Of a DNA stretch of 64,000 nucleotides, positions 10,070-19,290 are shown piece by piece (position 1 is the first letter of the stretch; each line of letters begins with the position of its first letter). The notes under the pieces were generated by a model, which had not been told where the DNA came from, did no database searches, and worked only from the letters and a program-made list of their open reading frames with translations. This DNA comes from Patescibacteria group bacterium (GTDB lineage Bacteria; Patescibacteriota; Microgenomatia; UBA8517): positions 131,151 to 195,150 of the forward strand of contig JBGSJG010000001.1 of assembly GCA_041742135.1 (NCBI GenBank), read 5' to 3'. The position numbers were made by a program, and so were the translations under genes.

Positions 10070-11129
10070 AAAATTATTCATAGCTCCTGCTATTATCGCA
10101 GGTCTTATCGCCTACTTAGCAACACCACGAGTTATAAAACTCGCCTGGAGATGGGGATTAATTGATGACCCTAAAAAAAACCATCACCCCAAGGTAATCC
10201 ACACCAAGCCAACTCCTCGCGCTGGAGGAATTGCAATCTATGCAGCAATTGTCATAAGTTCGATAGTGCTGTTGCCTTTAGACAAACATCTTGTGGCAAT
10301 ACTTATTGGCGCGACCCTGCTTGTGGTCTTGGGGGTCCTGGACGATAAATACAATCTTAATCCGTACATACGGCTTTTTGTCCAATTTGTAGCCGCGGCC
10401 ATTCCGATCGCTGCGGGGATCGGTATTGCCTATGTTACAAACCCTATAGGTACGGGCTTAATCGATCTTTCGCACCCGCAAATCGTTTTTGAGATTCTTG
10501 GAGAAAGCCGAAGCATTTGGATTCTTTCTGATTTATTTGCAGTTTTTTGGATTGTCACTCTTATTAATTTTTTGAACATGGGCGCCAAAGGGATAGATGG
10601 CCAACTTACCGGGGTAGTAGCTATCGCGGCAATCACAATTGCCATACTGTCTTACAGTTTTTCAGCTGACATCACAGAGTGGCCAGTAACAATTCTCGCC
10701 TCGATTGTCGCCGGAAGTTATCTTGGATTTTTGCCTTGGCATGTATACCCACAAAAAATAATGCCGAGTTTCGCAGGCTCAAACCTGGCCGGCTACTTCT
10801 TGGCAATCCTTTCAATTCTGAGTACAACCAAGGTTGGGGTTTTGGCAATAGTTTTGGCGGTTCCACTGGTGGACACCGGCTACACTATCATAAGAAGAAT
10901 TCTGTCTGGCAAATCTCCAGTTTGGGGGGATAGGGGGCATCTCCATCATCGCCTCCTAGACAGCGGGCTAAGTAAAAACCAAGTTACACTCTTTTACTGG
11001 GGAAGTGCTGCACTATTAGGCATACTTGCTTTGTCATTTAACTCACAATATAAGTTGTATACTATGTTAGGAATTTCTCTAGTTTTGGGAGGTTTTATAT
11101 TATGGCTAACATATCGCTCTCGACATTAA
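10059..11129 (+). CDS. Polyprenyl-phosphate N-acetylhexosamine-1-phosphate transferase (GT4 MraY/WecA/TagO family)
   Basis: Has the DDxxN-like loop (GLIDDPKK), NFLNMGAKGIDG, and the C-terminal VWGDRGHLHHRLL histidine motif typical of WecA/MraY-family enzymes. 10-11 TM helices. Confidence 0.75.
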   Translation: MLFEKLFIAPAIIAGLIAYLATPRVIKLAWRWGLIDDPKKNHHPKVIHTKPTPRAGGIAIYAAIVISSIVLLPLDKHLVAILIGATLLVVLGVLDDKYNLNPYIRLFVQFVAAAIPIAAGIGIAYVTNPIGTGLIDLSHPQIVFEILGESRSIWILSDLFAVFWIVTLINFLNMGAKGIDGQLTGVVAIAAITIAILSYSFSADITEWPVTILASIVAGSYLGFLPWHVYPQKIMPSFAGSNLAGYFLAILSILSTTKVGVLAIVLAVPLVDTGYTIIRRILSGKSPVWGDRGHLHHRLLDSGLSKNQVTLFYWGSAALLGILALSFNSQYKLYTMLGISLVLGGFILWLTYRSRH

Positions 11130-12061
11130 TCGCACTAGTCAAGCTGATGCGCCCAATTCATTGGGTGAAAAATCTGGGTATTTTTGCTGCATTAGTCTTT
11201 TCAGGTGGCCTTTTTGACCAACAAAAAATAATATTACTATTTTTCTCGTTTGGTGCTTTCAGCTTAGCCGCTTCTGCCGCTTACATTTTCAACGACATTT
11301 TGGACGTAAAATCGGACAGGCTTCATCCGATCAAAAAAAACCGACCTATTGCGAGCGGCAAAGTCCCTGTCAATGTTGCGTTACCCGCATCAGTCGTTTT
11401 ATTGTTTGTAGCTTTAGTGTGGGCTGAGTCAATTTCACACATATTTTTCGTTTTACTTTTTGTGTATGTGCTGATTCAAATTGCCTATTCACTAATTCTT
11501 AAGCACATTCACATCCTTGATATTTTAGTAATAGCTTCGGGGTTTGTAATCCGAGTTTACTCAGGAGCGTTTATTATCGATGCTCATTTGTCAGTGTGGT
11601 TTTTGTTATGTGTTGTGTCTGTGGCCTTATTTCTCGCCTCTGGCAAAAGGCGAGCAGAATACGGGGCCATGGGTGCTTCGGGAGGCACAAGAAAAAGCTT
11701 GACTCAATACTCGCGCGAGCTACTAAATTCTTACGTTACGATGTTTGGCAATGCAGCCTGGCTCAGCTGGTCGTTGTTTACTTTTTTTGAAAGCCCAAGA
11801 GTCATTACCCCTTTGTGGGTGTTTCTGGCCGAGTTTTCAAAGACAGCTTCGATAAACAAGCTTCTTATGATTACAATCCCGGTCACCATCTTTGGTATCA
11901 TGCGATACGAATCTTTAATTTTTCAAGAACGATCTGAGTCTCCAGAGAAGCTTCTTTTAACAGATAAGGCATTGGTGGCATCAGTGGTTATCTGGACTGC
12001 TCTTGTGGTTTGGATTCTTTATGGCGGAGTAGCCTCTTATTCGCCATCGCTTACGATTTGA
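11102..12061 (+). CDS. UbiA-family prenyltransferase, subfamily resembling decaprenyl-phosphate 5-phosphoribosyltransferase (DPPR synthase-like)
   Basis: RPIHWVKNLGIFAALVFSG start and NDILDVKSDRLHPIKKNRPIASG (NDxxDxxxD), with about 8 TM helices. It resembles the Rv3806c-type subfamily; this is a by-eye call. Confidence 0.6.
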   Translation: MANISLSTLIALVKLMRPIHWVKNLGIFAALVFSGGLFDQQKIILLFFSFGAFSLAASAAYIFNDILDVKSDRLHPIKKNRPIASGKVPVNVALPASVVLLFVALVWAESISHIFFVLLFVYVLIQIAYSLILKHIHILDILVIASGFVIRVYSGAFIIDAHLSVWFLLCVVSVALFLASGKRRAEYGAMGASGGTRKSLTQYSRELLNSYVTMFGNAAWLSWSLFTFFESPRVITPLWVFLAEFSKTASINKLLMITIPVTIFGIMRYESLIFQERSESPEKLLLTDKALVASVVIWTALVVWILYGGVASYSPSLTI

Positions 12062-12870
12062 GCGTATTGCCCAGAAACCCAGCCGCTGTCCTCACTTGGA
12101 AGTTTTATCCTATACCAATCACCCTCCTGGCTTTGCTCCAGTAACTCGTATGTTTGTTCTGGCAAGACTTGACCTACTTCTGCCGAAGAAGTGCCCGGCT
12201 CGGCTCTTACCCTTAAAAACCCAGTAGGGGTAGAAAGTATCTTTACCTGCTCGACAACCTCAACGGGAGGCTCTTTTTTGTAAGCTAAATCTACAGAGAA
12301 GACCAGTTTGTTTCCTTCTACAGAGTTTACTTTTGTTGTTTCCTCCACGTACCCTTGTTTTTTTACCGCGATTTCATAAATACCCAAAGGCAAGACGGTT
12401 GCCAGGGGAGTGAGGCCTTTAAATTGGTCATCCACAAATACTTCAGATTCAACTGGATCTGAAATTACCACAACTTCTGCGCTACTAGCATTACTTGATT
12501 TTTCAAATGTAATTATTTGAGTCGAGCTATCTCCCTCGCTCTCCCCGAATTTGTGTCGCACAATGGTTTTAATGTTGTCATTTAGTCTCAGCTTAGCAGT
12601 ATAGAAATAGGGGAGAGGCTTAATACTAACCACCCTTATCTCAATCTCACCCGACTCTATTTCAACTTCTAAAGGGGTTTTGCCACTTTCTTTACCATCT
12701 ATATACACATTCGCCTCGATGTTTGACTCCACTACCAAAGCTGATTTGCCTAATGATATAGTTTGATACATATATAGTCCTATAACAATAACGAGCAATA
12801 AAAGCAACATCCCCAGTTTCAGGAGAGGTAGGCGTAGAGCACGAAAAACAAAAGAAGAAAATGACTTCAC
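12037..12870 (-). CDS. Membrane-anchored PEGA-repeat protein with a C-terminal SH3b-like domain
   Basis: N-terminal TM helix. Two PEGA-like repeats (…VYIDGKESGKTPLEV…, …VFVDDQFKGLTPLAT…). The C-terminal segment (…GDWYRIKLPSEDSGWVSGQY…) is a bacterial SH3 signature. Confidence 0.6.
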   Translation of the reverse strand: MKSFSSFVFRALRLPLLKLGMLLLLLVIVIGLYMYQTISLGKSALVVESNIEANVYIDGKESGKTPLEVEIESGEIEIRVVSIKPLPYFYTAKLRLNDNIKTIVRHKFGESEGDSSTQIITFEKSSNASSAEVVVISDPVESEVFVDDQFKGLTPLATVLPLGIYEIAVKKQGYVEETTKVNSVEGNKLVFSVDLAYKKEPPVEVVEQVKILSTPTGFLRVRAEPGTSSAEVGQVLPEQTYELLEQSQEGDWYRIKLPSEDSGWVSGQYAQIVSDGE

Positions 12871-13017
12871 AATAGCCAGTTTAACAACCTCTTGACAAAT
12901 TATCTATGCCTTTTTATTATTCACTTATCACTTACTTGGCACGAGTGATAAGTAAGTGACATTATCAAAACATATTTTTCACTCGTGAAAACTATCCACA
13001 AAAGGAGGTGATACACT

Positions 13018-13416
13018 TTGAATCAGTTAACTATTCGAGATCCGTTAAGGTCCCTATTCTCTTTCCCCCGCTTTATGGATGACTTTGATGATTTTAGTTC
13101 ACAACGAGGTTTAAAAGTTTATGAAACCCAAAACGATATTGTGGCTGAAGCAGTTGTGGCTGGAGTTGCCGCTTCTGACGTCGAAGTAAATATCGAAGAT
13201 GGTGTCATGACTATTAAGGCGGAAAAGAAAGAAGAGCAAAAGACCGAAGAAATGACGAGTTCAACGAGTTATAAATACTACTACTCCCTCGCCCTTTCCG
13301 GTGGTCAATGGAACAAAGCCGCTGCAAACGTCAAAAATGGCGTGGTTACGGTCAAAATTCCCAAGTCCGAGGCTGCAAAACCTCAAAAAGTAAAGGTCGT
13401 AGAAGAAAAAGAGTGA
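13018..13416 (+). CDS. Hsp20/alpha-crystallin family small heat-shock protein
   Basis: Alpha-crystallin domain features (…VYETQNDIVAEAVVAGVAASDVEVNIEDGVMTIKAEKK… GVVTVKIPK). A strong RBS AAAGGAGGTG lies 6 nt upstream. The start is TTG per the ORF track. Confidence 0.8.
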   Translation: MNQLTIRDPLRSLFSFPRFMDDFDDFSSQRGLKVYETQNDIVAEAVVAGVAASDVEVNIEDGVMTIKAEKKEEQKTEEMTSSTSYKYYYSLALSGGQWNKAAANVKNGVVTVKIPKSEAAKPQKVKVVEEKE

Positions 13417-13436
13417 AAATAATTTCTTTACACTCT

Positions 13437-13470
13437 CCCCTCGCCGATTTACGGCGGGGGGTTTTGTTTT
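13437..13470 (+). terminator. Rho-independent terminator after hsp20
   Basis: CCCCTCGCCG-atttac-CGGCGGGGGG stem-loop followed by a TTTTGTTTT tract. Confidence 0.7.
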
Positions 13471-13514
13471 CAAAACAAACTTATTGAAAAATGAGCTATA
13501 ATAGCGTTACATTC

Positions 13515-13586
13515 GGCCGGATGTCGAAGTGGTAACGAAGCGGTCTGCAAAACCGCCATGCGCGGGTTCGACTCCCGCTCCGGCCT
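13515..13586 (+). tRNA. tRNA-Cys (anticodon GCA)
   Basis: Acceptor stem GGCCGGA/TCCGGCC. Anticodon stem-loop CGGTCTGCAAAACCG with GCA. T-arm CGCGGGTTCGACTCCCGC carries the GTTCGAnTC consensus. Confidence 0.8.
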
Positions 13587-14479
13587 CAGGAGTTTACTTT
13601 TTGCTTTAGGTACTCGACAAACTCACCGTTAACTTGGGGATGACGAAGAGCAAAATCGATGACCGCTTCTAGGTAGCCTACTTTGTTTCCAGTATCGTAA
13701 TACTTCCCGTTTTCAATTACTTGTGCATAAATTGGCACACCATCTTCGCGAAGCAGGTTGATTGCGTCAACCAACCAAATCTCTCCACCTTTTCCGGGCT
13801 TTACGCGTCTTAGGGCATCAAAAATCTCAGGAGGGACGATATAGGCTCCGTGTGTAGCAACATTGGATGGTGCGCTGTCTGGATCCGGCTTTTCTACAAT
13901 TGATTTAATTTTATAAAGATTACCTTCAACCGGCTCCAGATCCGCAATACCGTAACGCTTCAGATGTTCGCGGTTTGTAATCTCCACCCCCGAGATCACT
14001 ACCCCACCGTATTTTTCATAAACTTTAGTCATCTGCGAGAGTCTTGGCGGCTCAGCATATATAAATTCGTCTCCCCACAAAATGGCAAAGGGTTCATTGC
14101 CAACTGCGGGCTCCGCCGAGAGCACAGGTGTCCCGTTACCATATGGGCCTTTTTGGCGAATATAAACAAAATTGGCCAGCTCAGATATTTTTTCAATTTC
14201 TTTGAGAATGTCCTCCTTGCCTCCTGCCAGAAGATTTTTAACAAGCTCTGCGTTAGGAGCGTCAAAATGGTCTTCGATTGCTCGCTTTAGCGCGCCTGTT
14301 ACGATAACCACATCGCGAATGCCGGAAGCAACTGCCTCTTCCACTACATATTGAATAACTGGCTTGTCGACGATCGGGAGCATTTCTTTGGGCATTGCCT
14401 TGGTTTGTGGCAAGAAGCGAGTCCCAAACCCAGCAGCCGGAATCACAGCTTTGGTGATCTTTTTTGTCATGGTATGCAA
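13586..14479 (-). CDS. galU: UTP-glucose-1-phosphate uridylyltransferase
   Basis: KAVIPAAGFGTRFLP…AMPKEMLPIVDKPVIQY N-terminal signature of GalU. The real start may be the second Met (MTKK). Confidence 0.85.
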   Translation of the reverse strand: MHTMTKKITKAVIPAAGFGTRFLPQTKAMPKEMLPIVDKPVIQYVVEEAVASGIRDVVIVTGALKRAIEDHFDAPNAELVKNLLAGGKEDILKEIEKISELANFVYIRQKGPYGNGTPVLSAEPAVGNEPFAILWGDEFIYAEPPRLSQMTKVYEKYGGVVISGVEITNREHLKRYGIADLEPVEGNLYKIKSIVEKPDPDSAPSNVATHGAYIVPPEIFDALRRVKPGKGGEIWLVDAINLLREDGVPIYAQVIENGKYYDTGNKVGYLEAVIDFALRHPQVNGEFVEYLKQKVNS

Positions 14480-15358
14480 TTATACAACATAATATCTACC
14501 TCCAGCTTCAGCTATTAGTCCTTTCAAAGCCATCACCGAAAGTGTTGTGCTCGCTTCCACCATGCCCATTCCTGTGGCAACAGCAATCTCATCAATATTC
14601 AAATCTTCATTTTTTAAAATACCGAGAATCTTTTTTTCTTCATTTGAAAGTGTAATTTTTGACTGATGACTGACTGAAGCTTTCGTCGGAATTCTTAGGA
14701 TATCCTCCGGAACTGTTACTATCTGGGCAATCCCCTCTTTTATTATTTGGTTGGTGCCCATCGAGACAGAAGAATTTATAGGTCCAGGAATTGCATAGAT
14801 TTTCTTTTTTAGTTTTTTTGCAAAGTCTACTGTTATCAAAGACCCACTGCTCTCCCCCGCTTCTATCACCAAAACTCCGACAGTAGCCAAAGCCGCTACG
14901 ATACGATTCCTTTGCGGATACATCCAAAGCTTCGGTTTTTGGTCGGGTTCATATTCAGACAAAACTGCTCCCCCACTTTGTAATATTTTTGTATACAATT
15001 TATCGTTATCTGGCGGATAAGGCTGGTTTAATCCGTTGCCCATAACAGCTACGGTTTTGCCTAAAAAGTCTACCGTCTGCGTATGGACCTCCGTATCTAC
15101 TCCATACATATAACCAGAGACGGTGGTGATGCCAGCTTGGACAAAAGAGCTTACGAATCTGGTTACGCACGAGGCTCCATATCTAGTCATGCCTCGCGAG
15201 CCAACAATCGCTATGGTTTTATCTAATGCTCCCAAATCAAGCTCGCCACGGTAATATAACTGCTTGGGAGGCTGTGCTAAATCAAGTAATATTTTCGGGT
15301 AATCTTTTCCCCCTTTAATTACCTTTTTAATCTCAAATTCGGACCAATGCTTCTTCAT
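14480..15358 (-). CDS. dprA: DNA-processing protein DprA/Smf
   Basis: Rossmann-like DprA core (…IAIVGSRGMTRYG…GVDTEVH…GKTVAVMGNGLN…VIEAGESSGSLITV…). Confidence 0.85.
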   Translation of the reverse strand: MKKHWSEFEIKKVIKGGKDYPKILLDLAQPPKQLYYRGELDLGALDKTIAIVGSRGMTRYGASCVTRFVSSFVQAGITTVSGYMYGVDTEVHTQTVDFLGKTVAVMGNGLNQPYPPDNDKLYTKILQSGGAVLSEYEPDQKPKLWMYPQRNRIVAALATVGVLVIEAGESSGSLITVDFAKKLKKKIYAIPGPINSSVSMGTNQIIKEGIAQIVTVPEDILRIPTKASVSHQSKITLSNEEKKILGILKNEDLNIDEIAVATGMGMVEASTTLSVMALKGLIAEAGGRYYVV

Positions 15359-15732
15359 ATTATAGTCAAGTTTTTGTAAAATTTAATGCTTTCCACTTGG
15401 TCTTTTGAATCCACCACAATACATACCGCGTCTATTTGCGTGATAAGAAATTGCGTTGCTGTTTTCTTGTTCTTAAGAAGATATGCCTCTGCAGTTTTTT
15501 GCACTTGCCATATTTTTCTCTTATCGATCATTTCCTCCGGAGTTCCAAAGTAATCTCCCACTTTTAATTTTACTTCTACAAAATGTAAAACATTGTCTTT
15601 GGTTGCAATTAAATCCAACTCTCCAAAACGTGTGCGCCAATTTTTGTCAATTACACAAAAACCGTTTTCCTCTAGATACTTTTGCGCAATGCTCTCCCCT
15701 TTTCTTCCTTTGGAAAAATTATATTGCTTCAC
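15355..15732 (-). CDS. yraN: YraN-family (UPF0102) predicted endonuclease
   Basis: GESIAQKYLEENGFCVIDKNWRTRFGELDLIA…HFVEVK, the PD-(D/E)XK-like YraN signature. Overlaps dprA by 4 nt. Confidence 0.75.
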   Translation of the reverse strand: MKQYNFSKGRKGESIAQKYLEENGFCVIDKNWRTRFGELDLIATKDNVLHFVEVKLKVGDYFGTPEEMIDKRKIWQVQKTAEAYLLKNKKTATQFLITQIDAVCIVVDSKDQVESIKFYKNLTII

Positions 15733-15767
15733 TGTTTCATATTATCAGACCTTTTATTTAGCCCCTC

Positions 15768-17039
15768 TTGGTGCTAGAATGTTGTGGCATGGATCCTTAC
15801 AAAAACGCGCTAACGCAACTTAACTCCGTAGTGTCAGTTCTTGGCACAGACTATGAAGACCAGAAAGCGTTTGATCGCACAGTCAAAATTCTCCAAAGAC
15901 CTCAAAAATTAATAGTTAAAGAGTTAGCCGTTAAAGGTAAAAAATACAAAGCTTTTAGAAGTCAACACAACGACGCACTTGGCCCTTTCAAAGGAGGTAT
16001 CAGATTTCATCCAAACGTTAGCCGTGAAGAAGTAATGGCGCTTTCGATGTGGATGAGCTGGAAATGCTCGCTCATGGGTTTACCTTACGGCGGAGGCAAA
16101 GGCGGGATTGTGATTGACCCAAAAACACTTACCCCAAAAGAGCTTGAAAATTTATCAAAAAAATATGCAGACAGCTTCGCTGCTCATTTTGGGCCTTGGA
16201 TTGACGTTCCAGCTCCAGATGTTAATACTGATGGCCGAATTATGGCGTGGATGCTTGAAGCTTACGAGAAAAAGATAGGACAGCATGCGCCAGCAACCTT
16301 TACAGGAAAGCCTTTAAGCCTAGGAGGAAGCCTAGGGCGTGAGGAAGCAACAGGCCAAGGAGGAGCGTTTGTGCTGGAAAGCTATGCTAAAGCCAAAAAA
16401 CTTAAGCCATCTAAAGTTTACATAGCAGTTCAAGGGTTTGGCAATGTCGGTTATTGGTTTTCTTTATTAGCCCAAAAAATGGGCTACAAAATCGTTTTGG
16501 TTTCAGACTCCTCGGGCGGTGTTTATGATCCTAAAGGACTAACGATTTCCAAAATTAAAACAGCCAAAGATACATACGGATCGCTTCTTGAAGTTAGCAA
16601 GAAACTCGCGCTTAAGTTTATAAACCCCGAGGATGTTGTCGCGACCAAGTGCGATGTTTTGGTGCCTGCCGCTTTAGAAAACGCAATTACAAAAGACAAT
16701 GCAAAGACTGTAAAAGCAATGGCGATTTTAGAGCTGGCCAATGGCCCCACCACCCCAGAAGCGGAAGAAATATTAACCAAAAAAGGTATTGAGATTATTC
16801 CTGATATTTTAGGCAACGGCGGTGGTGTTACGGTCAGCTATTTTGAATGGGTTCAAAACCTGCATGGCTCGCGATGGGAGCTGGAAAGAGTTAACACAGA
16901 GCTTAAGCAAGTGATGAACAACGCATTTAATGAAGTTTATAAAGTAGTAAGAGCCAAAAAGACAACTTATAGAAAAGCCGCATATTTGATTGCAGTTAAG
17001 CGAGTAATTGATGCCATGATTCTTCGTGGAAGGATATAG
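15768..17039 (+). CDS. gdhA: Glutamate dehydrogenase (Glu/Leu/Phe/Val dehydrogenase family)
   Basis: Catalytic Lys motif GPFKGGIRFHP, then PYGGGKGG, and the NAD(P)-binding GFGNVG. Confidence 0.9.
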   Translation: MVLECCGMDPYKNALTQLNSVVSVLGTDYEDQKAFDRTVKILQRPQKLIVKELAVKGKKYKAFRSQHNDALGPFKGGIRFHPNVSREEVMALSMWMSWKCSLMGLPYGGGKGGIVIDPKTLTPKELENLSKKYADSFAAHFGPWIDVPAPDVNTDGRIMAWMLEAYEKKIGQHAPATFTGKPLSLGGSLGREEATGQGGAFVLESYAKAKKLKPSKVYIAVQGFGNVGYWFSLLAQKMGYKIVLVSDSSGGVYDPKGLTISKIKTAKDTYGSLLEVSKKLALKFINPEDVVATKCDVLVPAALENAITKDNAKTVKAMAILELANGPTTPEAEEILTKKGIEIIPDILGNGGGVTVSYFEWVQNLHGSRWELERVNTELKQVMNNAFNEVYKVVRAKKTTYRKAAYLIAVKRVIDAMILRGRI

Positions 17040-18566
17040 CTACCCCTCCACTCTCACTCTGTATTGCAACGCTTCGGCCACGTGCTTTACGCCGATGATT
17101 GTCTCCTGACCCAAATCCGAAATAGTTTGAGAAATTTTAATAAGCCGGAAATATGTTCTGGCTGAAAGGTTGTAATTATTTACAGCTTGTTTTAATAGTG
17201 CTTGGGCTTCCGACTCGATGTGGCAGAACTCTTTAATGTGTTTGTTTTTCATGTCACTATTTGTATAAATGCCGGCACGCTTTAATCTCTTGTTTTGAAT
17301 ATTGCGTGCAGCAATAACACGAGCCAGAATATCTTCCGAGCTTTCTTCTTTTTTAACTTCCCCGTTTTTGGGAATGAGTTTTTCAATGTCCACCGTTGGA
17401 ACGGTAATGTGGATATCAATTCTATCCATCAGAGGCCCTGAAAGCTTGCTGTTGTATTTCATGATCATGCGAGCGCTACATTTACAGTCCCTTTTTGGGT
17501 CTCCTAAAAACCCACAGGGGCATGGGTTTGCTGCGGCTACGAGCATAAACTCAGCTGGAAAAGTAACTGAACCAGCCGCTCGGGTTATTGAAACCTTACC
17601 ATCTTCCAATGGCTGGCGCAGAGCTTCGAGTGTGCTTCTGCTAAACTCGGGAAATTCGTCCAAAAACAACACACCACGGTGCGCCATGGAAATTTCGCCG
17701 GGGTGTGGGTTACTGCCTCCACCAATCAGGCCAATTCTACTTGTTGTATGGTGGCTAACGCGAAACGGGCGAGTCCACACCAGCGATTCACCGGGCGGAA
17801 TATTTCCAGTGACTGAATAGATCTTCGTTACCTCAAGGCTCTCCTCTTCGGACAGTGGCGGCAAAATTCCAGCTAGTGCGCGGGCTAACATGGTTTTGCC
17901 CGAGCCCGGCGGACCCTGCATAAAAATATTATGCCCGCCAGCTGCGGCCACCTCCATTGCCCGCTTAGCTTGGCCTTGGCCGACTATTTCGGCAAAATCA
18001 AATTCTGGAGTCAAAACTGGCTCAGCCTTGTGAAATTTTTTTATTGGATCAATTTTTATTTTTCCACTCATGTGATTCACCAGCTGCACAAGGCTTTCAA
18101 CTGGGTAGACATCTACCCCAGCGACAACGCTGCCTTCACCGGCCGAATCTTTGGGTACAAAAAGGTGTCTAACTCCAAGTTTTTTTGCCCCAATAGCCAT
18201 TAAAAACACACCTTTGGTGTGCCGAAGTGTTCCGTCAAGTGAAAGTTCTCCAAAAAACATGGCTTTGTCAAATTTGGGAACTACTTCAAGGGAAGTTAAT
18301 ATTCCAATTGCGATTGGTAAATCAAAGCCGGCGCCTTCTTTAGGGATATCCGCCGGTGCAAGGTTAACCACAATTTTAGCCTGAGGAAACTCTATGTTTG
18401 AATTATCAAGCGCTGTTTTGACTCGTTCTCGAGCTTCTTCGACCGCTTTATTGGGAAGGCCGATGATACTAAAACCCGGGAAACCCTTTTTAAAAATGTT
18501 AACTTCCACATCAACAGGAGTAATTTCCAAACCCAAATGTGATGCCGAAAGAATTCGGGTGAGCAT
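17040..18566 (-). CDS. comM: Mg-chelatase-like AAA+ protein YifB/ComM
   Basis: Lon-like N-terminal domain (…FPGFSIIGLPNKAVEEARERV…), a Walker A (MQGPPGSGKT), a Walker B (LFLDEFPEF) and a C-terminal ChlI-like region. Confidence 0.85.
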   Translation of the reverse strand: MLTRILSASHLGLEITPVDVEVNIFKKGFPGFSIIGLPNKAVEEARERVKTALDNSNIEFPQAKIVVNLAPADIPKEGAGFDLPIAIGILTSLEVVPKFDKAMFFGELSLDGTLRHTKGVFLMAIGAKKLGVRHLFVPKDSAGEGSVVAGVDVYPVESLVQLVNHMSGKIKIDPIKKFHKAEPVLTPEFDFAEIVGQGQAKRAMEVAAAGGHNIFMQGPPGSGKTMLARALAGILPPLSEEESLEVTKIYSVTGNIPPGESLVWTRPFRVSHHTTSRIGLIGGGSNPHPGEISMAHRGVLFLDEFPEFSRSTLEALRQPLEDGKVSITRAAGSVTFPAEFMLVAAANPCPCGFLGDPKRDCKCSARMIMKYNSKLSGPLMDRIDIHITVPTVDIEKLIPKNGEVKKEESSEDILARVIAARNIQNKRLKRAGIYTNSDMKNKHIKEFCHIESEAQALLKQAVNNYNLSARTYFRLIKISQTISDLGQETIIGVKHVAEALQYRVRVEG

Positions 18567-18570
18567 TAAT

Positions 18571-19179
18571 TTAGTTTAGCACTCTTAGCTCGTTTACATC
18601 TTCTTCTTTGAACACATTCAGAAGCTCCACTTCAAGACTAATCAAAAACCGCCGGAGCTCTCTCCATAGTGGGTCTTTTGGAGAAATTGCCCGACTATTT
18701 TCTATGTTGCGTGCAGTACTTAACGACAAAGTAACAATACGCCCCCAAGTTTCTCTTAAAAAATTGTCCTGGCCACTAAAGGTTCGCCAACTGGCGCTTT
18801 CTTTCATTACCACTTTTATCTCCTGGTCGTATTCTCGCACACGTAGGTCAATCAGCTTTTCCCAAAATACTAACTGGCGAGCGTCAATCTTTGTATCCAC
18901 CATGACGTCAAGAAATGCTTCTTTCATGTATTCTTTGATGTTGCGGTAAACAACACTTTGGCTTCCGCGAGACTTCTTGGCTTGCTCTTCTAAAAAATAC
19001 AGCACATAGACCAAGGAGTTGACCTGAAGTTCATTAAAAATGATGTCCTGTTTTTTAACTCCCAATTTTTCAAAAGCAATGGTTTTTCTAAAAGCAACGT
19101 CTTTCCAAAACGAATAACTTTTAATCGCGACAATCTCGCGAACAATTCTAATTGCAAACTCGCGCGTACTCATATTCAC
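18571..19179 (-). CDS. Hypothetical cytoplasmic protein, 202 aa
   Basis: ORF of plausible length. No motif recognised. Confidence 0.35.
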   Translation of the reverse strand: MNMSTREFAIRIVREIVAIKSYSFWKDVAFRKTIAFEKLGVKKQDIIFNELQVNSLVYVLYFLEEQAKKSRGSQSVVYRNIKEYMKEAFLDVMVDTKIDARQLVFWEKLIDLRVREYDQEIKVVMKESASWRTFSGQDNFLRETWGRIVTLSLSTARNIENSRAISPKDPLWRELRRFLISLEVELLNVFKEEDVNELRVLN

Positions 19180-19204
19180 GCCATACTAACACAGCTGCCT
19201 AAAC

Positions 19205-19233
19205 TTGACAAAAACAGGTGTTTAGCCTAAAAT
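19205..19233 (+). promoter_or_regulatory. Near-consensus sigma70-type promoter (TTGACA-17 nt-TAAAAT) upstream of the M23 peptidase gene
   Basis: TTGACA at 19205-19210 and TAAAAT at 19228-19233 with a 17-nt spacer. GC-rich hairpins follow in the leader. Confidence 0.55.
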
Positions 19234-19290
19234 TCTCGCATTCCCGTTAGTAGCGGGATTTTTTTGTGACCCTCGCTCGACGGGGGGCAT

